From a candidate division TM6 bacterium GW2011_GWF2_28_16 (GTDB taxonomy: Bacteria > Patescibacteriota > Microgenomatia > UBA1400 > PJMF01): a stretch of 64,000 bases of DNA. The translations under genes were made by a program, and so were the position numbers. Positions within the stretch are counted from its first letter, which is position 1, and each line of letters begins with the position of its first letter. The DNA lies in NCBI GenBank assembly GCA_001029715.1, contig CP011212.1, positions 705,066 through 769,065 of the forward strand. The letters are read 5' to 3'. Below the pieces are notes generated by a model, which worked only from the letters and a program-made list of their open reading frames with translations, did not search any database and was not told the DNA's origin. Positions 10,445 through 19,922 of the stretch are shown one piece after another.

Positions 10445-10915
10445 TTATTCGCTCCTTTCTTTAATTTCTTTGGTATCTTTTTTAGTACTATCATCTTTTT
10501 CGTTCTTAAATAAAATTTTTCCTAAAACTCCATTGACAAATGAAGCTGAGGTTTCAGAGCCAAATTCCTTGGCTAATTCAACGGCTTCATCAACTAAAAC
10601 TTTTTTAGGAGTTTCTTCACTGCGACTCTCAAAAATGATCAAGCGCATGATGGCTAAGTCAACTCTATTAATCTCTGAAAGAGGGCGCTCTGGAGCGTGA
10701 GAGGCAATTTCTTGGTCGATAGATGGAGCGGCCAATTTAATTGCTTCTAGTAATTCAGCGTCAGCTTCTTCAATTACTTCTGGATTAATGCATTGTTCTG
10801 CCTGTTCTTGATCTTCAAAAGTATGAGCAAACAAAAGTTGCATCAAAAAAATACGACGTTCATGTCGTTCATCGTGCTTAACTGGAGCATCATCATCTAA
10901 AAAATACATAGACAT
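10445..10915 (-). CDS. nusB: Transcription antitermination factor NusB
   Basis: VDLAIMRL, VLVDEAVELAKEFG, SFVNGVLG. Start moved to ATG 10915, 7 nt after a TAGTCT -10-like box. Confidence 0.93.
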   Translation of the reverse strand: MSMYFLDDDAPVKHDERHERRIFLMQLLFAHTFEDQEQAEQCINPEVIEEADAELLEAIKLAAPSIDQEIASHAPERPLSEINRVDLAIMRLIIFESRSEETPKKVLVDEAVELAKEFGSETSASFVNGVLGKILFKNEKDDSTKKDTKEIKERSE

Positions 10916-10967
10916 AGAAAGTAGACTAGGGGAGAAAAAGTCTTTTTTCAATAGGCAAAAAAGAGAT

Positions 10968-11123
10968 TTAAAGACCTAAATTTTTAAGCATGTTAGCTAC
11001 AAAGCCCTGTTTATGAAAAGGGATCTTGCTAATCTTGGCATCTTTTTCGATCTTGGCTTTATTGCCAGCGCGACGCTTGCCTTGCTCTACTCGAGTAATT
11101 TTATTTTTTGGTAGTGCACCCAT
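10968..11123 (-). CDS. rpmF: 50S ribosomal protein L32, cysteine-free form
   Basis: MGALPKNKITRVEQGKRRAGNKAKIEKD... resembles the L32 N-terminus (MAVPKRK..RRA); 51 aa; rpmF-acp-rnc neighbourhood. Confidence 0.75.
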   Translation of the reverse strand: MGALPKNKITRVEQGKRRAGNKAKIEKDAKISKIPFHKQGFVANMLKNLGL

Positions 11124-11278
11124 ATGATTTCTTCCTTTTTATTTTATTCTTAGCAAAGAAAGGATTATAACTGCTCTGGTAGATAAGCGCAAGATTTGAC
11201 TAACTTATAGGATACAGATACAATTTGTTTGTCGAGAAACACTTATAAAAGTTTTTTAAAGATATTAGGACTAAACAT

Positions 11279-13288
11279 ATGCCTTCTTATAGTTCAGCTT
11301 TTACAAAAGAAACAGACGCCTATTCTGCGCAAGAACAGCAATCTGGAAGTACAGAATTTTCCAAGGGATTATTAAATAGCTTAAAAAGATCTGACTCTCT
11401 CAGAAAAAAAGCTTTTCCAGGATTTTTTGATCGCCAAATTCCACAGGGTCAAAAGAGAGAGCTTGCTACTGATTTTAATAAAGCAGTCAGAGAATATAAC
11501 AGGAACAGACGTAAATTAATTGATATAAGCAAATTTGGCTATGAACCTGGAGTCAAGCTCTTTAGTATCCAAGAAATTTTGGAAAATACAGCCAAAATTT
11601 TTCAAAGGATAGGAGATACTTTATCCAAATATCCAAAAGATCGCACAGAACCTGTTACAAACTCTTCGAGCTTTGATCATTCTTTTGGTGGACAAAGAGT
11701 AAATAAATGGCTAGCTACAGGCTCCATCTTAACAATGGCTACTATATTGGCAAGTTGTACGCCTGAGGCAATTGTTTCCCCTTCACAAGAAGCTCCTGGA
11801 GATCAAGAAAATGATCCCAATTCTACACAAAGCATCATAGATAGCACTAGTGAAGGACAAGAAGTTGACCCAGGCTCACCTGAAGCCACTGAAGTCACCG
11901 CTGCCGAACTTGAAACCCTGAATACAGACATTAACCAAAAAATTGATGAAGCCGTCAAAGTGGCAGAAGAAACCAATCCTGCCGCCGCGGCCCAATTTGC
12001 TGAAAGCAACGGCGCAGAAACCGCCGCTAACATTTTCGCTAACAAACTAGCTGCAGAAAGAATTCTTGATCCCAAAGCTTATGAAATTTCTCTGATTTCA
12101 ACTAGTGGTCAAGCTCGCCTCGAATTAACTGCCGAAAGCCCTTGGGGCGCAGCTGGTGATGTAAGTGTTATTGATACTGGAGAAAAAGACGGCATGTTCC
12201 TATCTCTTGAAGGTGGACTGGAGTCTCTCGGAATAGCTGCCACTCCTGAAAATGTTAAAAACTACGAAATAGTTTTTGATGAGGGAGGTTGGTATGCTGC
12301 CATTAAAGATCAATCTGGAAAAGTTATCGGCGTGGTTGGTCAAGAAAAAAAATGGACAGCTGATATAGAAAATGCCACCGCACTTGAGCCTCTCTTTGAT
12401 ACTTCTAGCGCACTAGATACTTATTTGGAAAGTGGGAGCATTGACACTAGTGAAATGAGCGCAGCAGAATTCGCGGAGTTTAGCAAAGCACTAGCTGAAA
12501 AAAGAAATGAGGATAGGGGAATTAGCGTCGTTGTCTTTGACAACGGAGATGGCAATCCTGCTTATATAGACAATAATCTGGACATGAAACCATATGATGG
12601 CAATCCAGACCAAAGTGAAGTCATTGAAATGTTCTTGCCAGTTGCTGGCAAAGATAGTGCTGGCAACCTTCAGGTTGAACAAGATGGCAAAATCATCACC
12701 ATTAGTAATTCAGCAGATGTTGATTGGAATATGATCGTTACTGATTCAAATGATCCTAGAATTGATTGGCCAACAGGAGACGCTAAAGAAACTCTGAATT
12801 GGATGATAAATGAATATCCAACTGGTCCGGTTGTACTAAAACCAATGATTTTATTAGATAAAACACCACATAGTTTCTTTATCGAAGGATTTGGTATGAA
12901 GGGAGGATTCAAAGTATTGAGCGTGGAAGAAACTGACGCTAATGGCATGCCAATACTATTTAGGGTGTCGCTAGTAGAGCCAGTTGGACCATTATTACTA
13001 GAAGAAGGGACTGACTTAAAACTACGAAGAAATAGTGCAAGCTTGGAAATGAGTAATGATGATAAATTTTTCAGTAATTTACAAACAAATAGTGTTTACT
13101 ATATTGGATTGTCTACTAACGCAGATAAAACTTTTAAAATTAATTTTCCTCGTGTTGATTCCGCAGCACTAGATAATTATCAAGGCATAATAGCTAGTGG
13201 CAAGGCTTTCCCGATACTAACCAATCAAGAAAATGATAAAGAAAACTTTACAGTTTTCTTTACAGATTTATTTTTAAAAAAGAAATAA
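11279..13288 (+). CDS. Large hypothetical surface protein/lipoprotein
   Basis: 669 aa; basic N-terminal region, then hydrophobic segment ending LASC near residue 160, acidic linker, globular C-terminus. Confidence 0.75.
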   Translation: MPSYSSAFTKETDAYSAQEQQSGSTEFSKGLLNSLKRSDSLRKKAFPGFFDRQIPQGQKRELATDFNKAVREYNRNRRKLIDISKFGYEPGVKLFSIQEILENTAKIFQRIGDTLSKYPKDRTEPVTNSSSFDHSFGGQRVNKWLATGSILTMATILASCTPEAIVSPSQEAPGDQENDPNSTQSIIDSTSEGQEVDPGSPEATEVTAAELETLNTDINQKIDEAVKVAEETNPAAAAQFAESNGAETAANIFANKLAAERILDPKAYEISLISTSGQARLELTAESPWGAAGDVSVIDTGEKDGMFLSLEGGLESLGIAATPENVKNYEIVFDEGGWYAAIKDQSGKVIGVVGQEKKWTADIENATALEPLFDTSSALDTYLESGSIDTSEMSAAEFAEFSKALAEKRNEDRGISVVVFDNGDGNPAYIDNNLDMKPYDGNPDQSEVIEMFLPVAGKDSAGNLQVEQDGKIITISNSADVDWNMIVTDSNDPRIDWPTGDAKETLNWMINEYPTGPVVLKPMILLDKTPHSFFIEGFGMKGGFKVLSVEETDANGMPILFRVSLVEPVGPLLLEEGTDLKLRRNSASLEMSNDDKFFSNLQTNSVYYIGLSTNADKTFKINFPRVDSAALDNYQGIIASGKAFPILTNQENDKENFTVFFTDLFLKKK

Positions 13289-13350
13289 AATTAAATTTTA
13301 AGCTTACTTGCTTGTTGCTATTGTAGTAAAAAAGATGATACGATTTATTC

Positions 13351-13959
13351 GTGAAAAAGAAAATTTTTGTCTCTGTAATTAGTTTGCTTTGTCTACTTGG
13401 ATTAATCTTCTTTTTTTACAATACCTATTCAAAAAATCGTAAACCTAGTGGTACAACAAAGAGACTAGTCTATAATCCAGAATTTTCCAGCTGGGAAGAG
13501 ATTGATTCTTCAAAAGACCCTGTTTCTGAATATGATCGTTCAGACATTCTAAAAAAAGATGACAACCAGAGTGGTCTGCATAATGAGACTGTATTAAAAG
13601 GTTACTTTGATCACTACGATGAAAATAATCAAGAGTTATCAATTAAGTTTTTAGTACCCTTCACTCAAGGTATATTTGAAATCGCCAAGCTGAAATTATT
13701 ACCAAGTCAAACCATTCACTGCGCTCCAGAAACTTATATTGATCCCAATACTGGTAAAAGTTATAGCTTAAAAAAACTAGCTATACCTACCAAAACAGGA
13801 AATACTCTGTGGATTCCAACAGAAGAACCAATTACTTTTGAAAATTTCCTGGCACAAACCAATGAAACAACCTATTTGTACACTCAATTAATTGAAGATT
13901 ATGATTCTCAAAAAATAAACTACGTACAAAAATTAATTGTCATCGGCTTATGCGAATAA
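13351..13959 (+). CDS. Hypothetical membrane-anchored protein
   Basis: N-terminal KKK + TM helix; GTG start 6 nt after TGaTACGAT. Confidence 0.75.
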   Translation: MKKKIFVSVISLLCLLGLIFFFYNTYSKNRKPSGTTKRLVYNPEFSSWEEIDSSKDPVSEYDRSDILKKDDNQSGLHNETVLKGYFDHYDENNQELSIKFLVPFTQGIFEIAKLKLLPSQTIHCAPETYIDPNTGKSYSLKKLAIPTKTGNTLWIPTEEPITFENFLAQTNETTYLYTQLIEDYDSQKINYVQKLIVIGLCE

Positions 13960-15746
13960 AACTACTCATTAATTTAATGTTTATAGCAATCTTCAGTATT
14001 GCACTTACTCCGTCTGCTATCGCACTCACAGAAGAGGAGATAGCTGAGGCAATAGCCGCTTGTGCAGCTAAAACCACCTGCACAGAATGCACTGGCGTTT
14101 GTGGCACACAGAATTGCACTTATAGCAAAGCTTACACTAGCTATATTTATGATCCACCAACTTATCAAGTTTGTGACTTACAATGTTGGGACCAAAATAT
14201 GGTTGATGCCACTCCCGATGGTGAGTATTGGACTGTTCCTGGACATGAAGATGTGACCTGTACAGAAGAATGTTGGCCTGTTTCTTACAATGATGCAATA
14301 AATCAAAGTTGTATTACAGAATCAGCCAACGATATTCTCTGCAACTGCGATAATCCAACTGACCCTACTCCTACACCCATTGATGGTGAGGGTGGTGGCT
14401 CTACAACTCCAGAAACCATCCCAGATTTATTTGGATTTATAAGTGGCAGAGTACAAGAAGATAACGGAGCTGCATTTAGTGGCAATTTTTGCACTCAGGC
14501 AACTACCAATCCATTAGCTAATAATAATTTTAGTATCACAGCTGGAACATATCCTGGAACTTTTAGTACGACCGCTGTAGGTGCTTATGAATCTATCGTT
14601 CGTGATGGCAGCACCTACACTGTTTCTCTAGATTTATCTAATCAAAATGGCTCCACCGAATATATTTGTTCTTGTCCAGCAGCTGCTGACCCAAATAATC
14701 CTTATCTCTGTCGTTACTATGGCGTAAGCCCAGATACTGCAAATGTTAATTTTTATCTACAAGTTAGCAATCTCTCCAATGACTCTTGGTTTCAAGTCTT
14801 TGGTGGCAATTTATTTAGTCGCTATGGCATAGCTAGTAGCGTACCTGCTACTTCTTGTGCTGCAGATGCTTCCTGCCAAGCTGCTTTATCAGCTTTACCT
14901 CTTGGCTCCAGTAATCAAAACTTCAGTGGTTTTGCAATTAGCAATCTTGCCAATTCTGGCAGTATTATTAGTAGCAGTAGCGAAGGTTTTGATCATTCTT
15001 ATCTTACCCTTGCAGATAGAATTAATAACGTTAATTCTTATGCAGTTAGTACCGATATTAACCAACTATCCTATGATTATTTTTATAAGTTAGTCGAGGA
15101 TGATCTTCATGAATTTAGCAATGGAGAAAACTACGAACCGTTGCTCAGTGATTTAACCGGCAACGCCTGGTGGAGTAGCACCGAAACTAACTTCATCAAG
15201 GTTAACGGCAATGTTAACATAGACGAAACCCAAGGCTTTAATCTTACGAGTGATCAAAGCCTGGTTGTCTTCGTTGAAGGCAATCTAACTCTTGATGACA
15301 GTAATACTGGTGACAGTAATCATAAAATTATCAGCGTTGCGAATGGTGGTTTTCTAGCCTTCTTCGTCAATGGCAACATTTTGGTAAGCGCTGATGTTGG
15401 CTATGAACTTAATCCTGACGTTCCAACTGTCCCAACAGCTTCAGTAGCTAATAGCAATATTGAAGGTGTCTTTATTGCTAATGGGACTTTAACTATTGGT
15501 AATAAATTTGACATTGGAGAGGTCCCTCCAGATCGTAAATTCATCGGTGCAGGCACTTTTGTCGGCTGGACTGGCGTCAATCTAGATCGTACTTTTGACG
15601 ATGGAGTTTTTGGCCCTATTTTAAACAATAATCAAGCTATAGAAAACTTTATTTATCGCCCAGACTTCTTAGCTAACTGGCCAACTAAACTTAAGGCTAG
15701 CTTGAGTAACTGGCGTGAAGTTGATCCTCAACTCATTAATCAATAA
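13950..15746 (+). CDS. Secreted Cys-rich protein, putative pilus-associated adhesin
   Basis: Signal peptide, Cys-rich N-terminus, PTDPTPTP linker, beta-rich C-terminus (FVEGNL, FFVNGNI, EGVFIA, FIYRPD, WREV); coupled to a prepilin gene. Confidence 0.7.
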   Translation: MRIKLLINLMFIAIFSIALTPSAIALTEEEIAEAIAACAAKTTCTECTGVCGTQNCTYSKAYTSYIYDPPTYQVCDLQCWDQNMVDATPDGEYWTVPGHEDVTCTEECWPVSYNDAINQSCITESANDILCNCDNPTDPTPTPIDGEGGGSTTPETIPDLFGFISGRVQEDNGAAFSGNFCTQATTNPLANNNFSITAGTYPGTFSTTAVGAYESIVRDGSTYTVSLDLSNQNGSTEYICSCPAAADPNNPYLCRYYGVSPDTANVNFYLQVSNLSNDSWFQVFGGNLFSRYGIASSVPATSCAADASCQAALSALPLGSSNQNFSGFAISNLANSGSIISSSSEGFDHSYLTLADRINNVNSYAVSTDINQLSYDYFYKLVEDDLHEFSNGENYEPLLSDLTGNAWWSSTETNFIKVNGNVNIDETQGFNLTSDQSLVVFVEGNLTLDDSNTGDSNHKIISVANGGFLAFFVNGNILVSADVGYELNPDVPTVPTASVANSNIEGVFIANGTLTIGNKFDIGEVPPDRKFIGAGTFVGWTGVNLDRTFDDGVFGPILNNNQAIENFIYRPDFLANWPTKLKASLSNWREVDPQLINQ

Positions 15747-16255
15747 TGAAGAACCAAAAAGCTTTTACTTTGCTCGAACTACTAATTACTTCTAGTATTA
15801 CTGCCTTATTGATGTTGGCTATCAGCAGCCTTTTTATTACTTTTCTTGCCACTGCTTATAAAAGTCGCATTAGTCAAAATCTCCGTGAATCGGGTGGCAA
15901 CGCCATGACACAAATTATTGACATGATCAGAAGTAGCGGAGAAATTACCTCGACTTGCGATAGCGAAACACCACTCGACCACATTACTGTCACTGGTGAA
16001 GATGGAGTAGAAAGCACCATCATTGAAGAAGATGACCGCATTGCCTCAGTCTCAGCTGAAAAAAAATTCTATCTAACTGAAAGTAGCGCTGATTCCAATT
16101 ACGTTTCTGATTTAGTTTTCAATTGTGACTTAACTCCAGAGGGGAAAAAATACATTGAAGTCAACTTCTCTCTCCACACTGGAGACAACGAAGCCAGCAA
16201 TAGCGCTAGATCGACCAGTCTGGATTTTAGCTCAGGAGTGGCGACGAGGAATTAG
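15746..16255 (+). CDS. Minor pilin (PilW-like), prepilin N-terminal methylation motif
   Basis: KA-FTLLELLI class III signal. Confidence 0.85.
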   Translation: MKNQKAFTLLELLITSSITALLMLAISSLFITFLATAYKSRISQNLRESGGNAMTQIIDMIRSSGEITSTCDSETPLDHITVTGEDGVESTIIEEDDRIASVSAEKKFYLTESSADSNYVSDLVFNCDLTPEGKKYIEVNFSLHTGDNEASNSARSTSLDFSSGVATRN

Positions 16256-16323
16256 GTTTTTTGACAAGATATCCAAAAAAGACGCTTAGATCAACGAGTA
16301 TTCTCACACTATCACTAAAAAAA

Positions 16324-16534
16324 TGTTATAATGACTCTCGAGGTTTTATACCCCGTGATTTTTTGCAATCGCGAGAAATTGGTTACAAACCTTAGTTCTT
16401 TAATAAGTGAAGAGAGATTTTTGCGGTGAGAACAAATTTATTTTTTAAAAATGGATTTGCCCTCACCGCAATCAAACAAAGTGATGAGGCCAAGAAAATT
16501 TTTTGAACTATTCCAGATATCAAGGAGGTATCTC
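16324..16534 (+). promoter_or_regulatory. Extended -10 promoter plus structured 5' leader and AGGAGG RBS
   Basis: TGtTATAAT at 16324-16332; hairpin TTGCGGTGAG(16421)...CTCACCGCAA(16471); AGGAGG at 16523-16528. Confidence 0.6.
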
Positions 16535-18163
16535 ATGGAAAAGCAAAAAGGATTGTTTTTTGTTGTAGTAGTTGCTGTTATTCTAATTTTTTTAGGAATA
16601 AACAGCGACAATGTTGCAGCCTATGGCTGCAGCATAACAGAGTTTTCGATGACGCCAGAAGGACAGGTTTCATTGGGAACCCACGTTTTTTTGAGTGGAA
16701 AGAGTAGTTGCGCCACCGTGAAATTTACGGTGGACGGAGTTTCCAAAGCTGAAATTGGAACTTCAAACCAAACCGAGACCCTCAAAACTGAGGAGATCGG
16801 AACTGGCACTCATGAAGTCTGTTTTCTTGCGAGAGATAACAGCACCTCTAGTTGGGATAATGTAGCTAAAAGCTGCAAATCTCTATACGTACAAGGCTCC
16901 CAAGGAGCTCCCGCAGATAGCACCGTCAACGGGCATTGCTGGGTAAGCAGTTTTACTGCTTCACCAAGCAAAGTTCAAATTGGACAAAGCATCCAATTAG
17001 CTGGCTACGGTCAATGTGACGGGAATGCTCGTGCAAGTAAATTTTACATTGACGGGAAGTCTTTTGCTGAATTTGGTGGCAACACTAATTCAGCAGCATG
17101 GAATACCAGCGGGTATTCCACGGGAAATCATAAAGTTTGCTTCTTAATAACGAGTGGTGAATGGAGTGATGCGGCTAAAAGTTGCACCACTGTAACTCTT
17201 AAGAAAGAGGAGCAGGCTTCAAATCCCCCTGCACAAGGTGGATCTTCAGATAATAGAGATTCTGGTAACGACTCAAGCTCCAGTAGCTCATCTAACTCAG
17301 ATAGCTCATCCAACAACAATCCATCGTCAAGCTCTACCTCTCAGACTTGCCTAAAACATGTCGAGCCTTTCTCCGCAGGAGACCTTGGAGAAGTGACCCC
17401 TGGTGCTTCGAATAATCTCCGTTCTTGTGCAGGATTATCCTGTAAAAAAATAGGGGAAATTCCAGCCGGAGGACAATTTGAAGTGCTCAAAGGCGCGCAA
17501 TGCGTCGATGGGTACTGGTGGTGGAAAGTAAAATACGGCAACCTAACTGGCTGGACTGCTGAAGGTAATGCTCAGAAAGCATGGCTGATTAAAGCAGGAA
17601 CCAATCAAACTGCTAATAACAATTCTGATATCCAGAAAGATATTACCGTAAACATCTATTCTGACCACTGGAGAACAACATATAAGTTCTTGGTAAATAC
17701 AAGAACTTGTTCTATCACCAATGGTGCCGAAATAATTTCGAAAGAGATTAAATATTTCGACAACCGAATAGGACAGTTAGAACCTGATAAAACAGCAGGT
17801 TCAAGATTTGTTCTTTATTTTGCAGAAAATACTGGACAATCAGAAATATTTCGCAAAAAGGTTGAGAGTGAAATAAAAGAGGTAACAAATTGCTATAGAA
17901 TCTACTACAATGTTGGCAAAACCACTATGGACAGCTCTGGATTGGGGAATGTTCTTTTTGGATACGCCATGGCAAAAATCCCAAAGTGGACGGAGGATAG
18001 AATATCAGATTTATTTCAAGGTTTAAATAAAGATTCGCTGGGATGGATATTTGATAATTATGATGATGGAAAACAGCGTGAGCTCGGAAGAATTTTATCC
18101 GAACAAAGCAATTTTTCCACATCAAATGTAGAAAAAGTAGCTTGGGATATAGATCTAAATTAA
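16535..18163 (+). CDS. Secreted protein: two Ig-like repeats, Ser-rich linker, SH3b domain, C-terminal Ntox44-like putative toxin domain
   Basis: Start moved to ATG 16535 (AGGAGG RBS, signal peptide). Two 4-Cys repeats; NLRS...DGYWWWKV...GWTAEG SH3b; DSSGLGNVLFGY and DNYDD...ELG motifs. Confidence 0.7.
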   Translation: MEKQKGLFFVVVVAVILIFLGINSDNVAAYGCSITEFSMTPEGQVSLGTHVFLSGKSSCATVKFTVDGVSKAEIGTSNQTETLKTEEIGTGTHEVCFLARDNSTSSWDNVAKSCKSLYVQGSQGAPADSTVNGHCWVSSFTASPSKVQIGQSIQLAGYGQCDGNARASKFYIDGKSFAEFGGNTNSAAWNTSGYSTGNHKVCFLITSGEWSDAAKSCTTVTLKKEEQASNPPAQGGSSDNRDSGNDSSSSSSSNSDSSSNNNPSSSSTSQTCLKHVEPFSAGDLGEVTPGASNNLRSCAGLSCKKIGEIPAGGQFEVLKGAQCVDGYWWWKVKYGNLTGWTAEGNAQKAWLIKAGTNQTANNNSDIQKDITVNIYSDHWRTTYKFLVNTRTCSITNGAEIISKEIKYFDNRIGQLEPDKTAGSRFVLYFAENTGQSEIFRKKVESEIKEVTNCYRIYYNVGKTTMDSSGLGNVLFGYAMAKIPKWTEDRISDLFQGLNKDSLGWIFDNYDDGKQRELGRILSEQSNFSTSNVEKVAWDIDLN

Positions 18164-18184
18164 CTTCTCTTCACAATTTATTAT

Positions 18185-18217
18185 AAAAAGGACTGGGAAT
18201 ATTCTCAGTCCTTTTTT
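18185..18217. terminator. Bidirectional intrinsic terminator
   Basis: AAAAAGGACTGGGAAT/ATTCTCAGTCCTTTTTT inverted repeat between convergent genes. Confidence 0.85.
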
Positions 18218-18220
18218 ACT

Positions 18221-18490
18221 TTAGAATCCAATCGAAATCGCTAATAGAAAAAAAGGTATCAGAACAGCAAGAGAAATAATACTGCAAATAGCCAAAAGCC
18301 AATAGAAAAAAACTCTTTTTTTGATAAAAGAATAAATAAAAAGAAATAAAAAAACTAATATGAAAATTATTGAGAATAAATGTTTTTCAATGTAAAAAAT
18401 ATTTAAAACAAAAAAAATTAAACTCATGAGTAAGAAAAATGCTAAAATTTTATTGTCAATAATTTTCATAAAAAAATACTTAAACACCAA
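18221..18490 (-). CDS. Small very hydrophobic membrane protein
   Basis: Phe/Ile/Leu-rich, about 3 TM; very AT-rich DNA; exact start uncertain. Confidence 0.55.
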   Translation of the reverse strand: MVFKYFFMKIIDNKILAFFLLMSLIFFVLNIFYIEKHLFSIIFILVFLFLFIYSFIKKRVFFYWLLAICSIISLAVLIPFFLLAISIGF

Positions 18491-18887
18491 ATCTATTTCT
18501 TATAGTAGGCACTAAAAAAGTTGTAAAAGAAGTCATAACCATTACAAAAGTGTTAAAAATTAAAATCACTGAAAAAGAGGCCAAAATATTTTTTAAAACA
18601 AAATGACCACTTTTTTGATTATATTTTGCTTCCTTGAATGATAAAAGTGCTGACAATACAGTGGAAAGAAAAAAACAAGGAATAATAAAAAATATTTCCA
18701 TAAAAAGAACTTTTACTAAAAAATTATCAAAAAAAACAAAAGAAAAAACAGGATAGGATTCTAATGCATAAAGCCCAATGAAAGAAATTACCATTGCTAA
18801 AAATAAAAAGAACAAAGAAGATATTATTCCAGATATTCTTCCAATTTTATAAGCTTTATTTTCAATAATATCTTTAAGAAAATTCAT
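18480..18887 (-). CDS. Hypothetical membrane protein (about 3 TM)
   Basis: 135 aa, hydrophobic; TATAAT 11 nt upstream. Confidence 0.65.
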   Translation of the reverse strand: MNFLKDIIENKAYKIGRISGIISSLFFLFLAMVISFIGLYALESYPVFSFVFFDNFLVKVLFMEIFFIIPCFFLSTVLSALLSFKEAKYNQKSGHFVLKNILASFSVILIFNTFVMVMTSFTTFLVPTIRNRFGV

Positions 18888-18928
18888 TGATAGATCATAT
18901 TATACTATAGCTATCTCTACCTGCATAA

Positions 18929-19426
18929 TTAATAGTTCTCAAAATTCTGCTCAATAGTCAGATCTTTTGCCTTATTACCATCTTGCCACAACAAATCGAT
19001 TTCTACTTTTAGACTGTTGGCGTTATTGAAATTAACCACTGCTTCTCTTTGAAATTCATATTTTGCTGCTTCAAGAAAATCTCCATCAGCACAAGCGCCT
19101 AAATTGGCTGACGCGCTTGCCACGCTATCAGGTAAGGAATTTAAGCAATAAACAGCTCCATCATCCAAAGGAGTAGAGAAGCTAGACCAACTGTTAATAG
19201 AACGCTCTCTACGAAAAAACTCTAGGGCTTCTTGAGCTTTTTGAAGAGCTAATTGTTTTTGTTCATTGCTATCTGACAATTTTATCGACATGGAAATCAT
19301 TGAACCAACGGCGGTTAAAACTAAAGCTATCACAGAAATAGCGATCAGAATTTCTACCAAAGTAGATCCAGCTTGCCTTTGATTTTTTTTATTGATATCT
19401 GACATCGATATTACCTCCCTGATCAA
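18929..19426 (-). CDS. Minor pilin (PilV-like)
   Basis: AG-STLVEILIA prepilin motif; true start probably slightly internal. Confidence 0.82.
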   Translation of the reverse strand: MIREVISMSDINKKNQRQAGSTLVEILIAISVIALVLTAVGSMISMSIKLSDSNEQKQLALQKAQEALEFFRRERSINSWSSFSTPLDDGAVYCLNSLPDSVASASANLGACADGDFLEAAKYEFQREAVVNFNNANSLKVEIDLLWQDGNKAKDLTIEQNFENY

Positions 19427-19922
19427 AATTAAGGATCACTTCATCTTCTCCAGAGCTAAGCGTAGCGCTACCACTTGCTACCGAACTTCCTCCCAAATAA
19501 ACATTGCTTCCACGCAAAGGCAAAAAAGAAACTCTAAAATTTTGACTCAAAACAATATTATTCTGATCAATTAAATAGTTTTCATAGGTTAAAAGATCAT
19601 TGTTTTCACAGCGAACCTGAGTATTTAAAGAAATTTTATTCTCTGCATTTATAATGGAAAAAACCTCAATGGCGGCTAATTTACTGCAAAAACCAATTTC
19701 TTCATCTCCCAAAAAACCATTCTGAGCTTTAGAACGAGCATCTTTAATCATTACTTCGATTGCTGATCCAGCTTTATAGAGATTTTGCTTGTTAAGAAAA
19801 CGTAGATAGTTGACTGCCCCCATTGTCAAAACAAGAACTAGAACTGAAACCGTGATTAATAATTCGACCAAAGTAAAAGCAGTTTGATTTCTAGAAAGCG
19901 ATGATGTCATAAGCTTCTGCAT
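19389..19922 (-). CDS. Minor pilin (FimT/GspH-like)
   Basis: TA-FTLVELLI motif, ARSKAQ. Confidence 0.82.
   Translation of the reverse strand: MQKLMTSSLSRNQTAFTLVELLITVSVLVLVLTMGAVNYLRFLNKQNLYKAGSAIEVMIKDARSKAQNGFLGDEEIGFCSKLAAIEVFSIINAENKISLNTQVRCENNDLLTYENYLIDQNNIVLSQNFRVSFLPLRGSNVYLGGSSVASGSATLSSGEDEVILNFDQGGNIDVRYQ

Noticed and set aside
16451-16534. Longer start for the toxin-like gene
   Set aside because: That ATG lies inside the leader hairpin; ATG 16535 has AGGAGG and gives a proper signal peptide
11279-18163. Diversity-generating retroelement acting on the surface proteins
   Set aside because: No reverse transcriptase and no TR/VR-like repeat pair was noticed in the window
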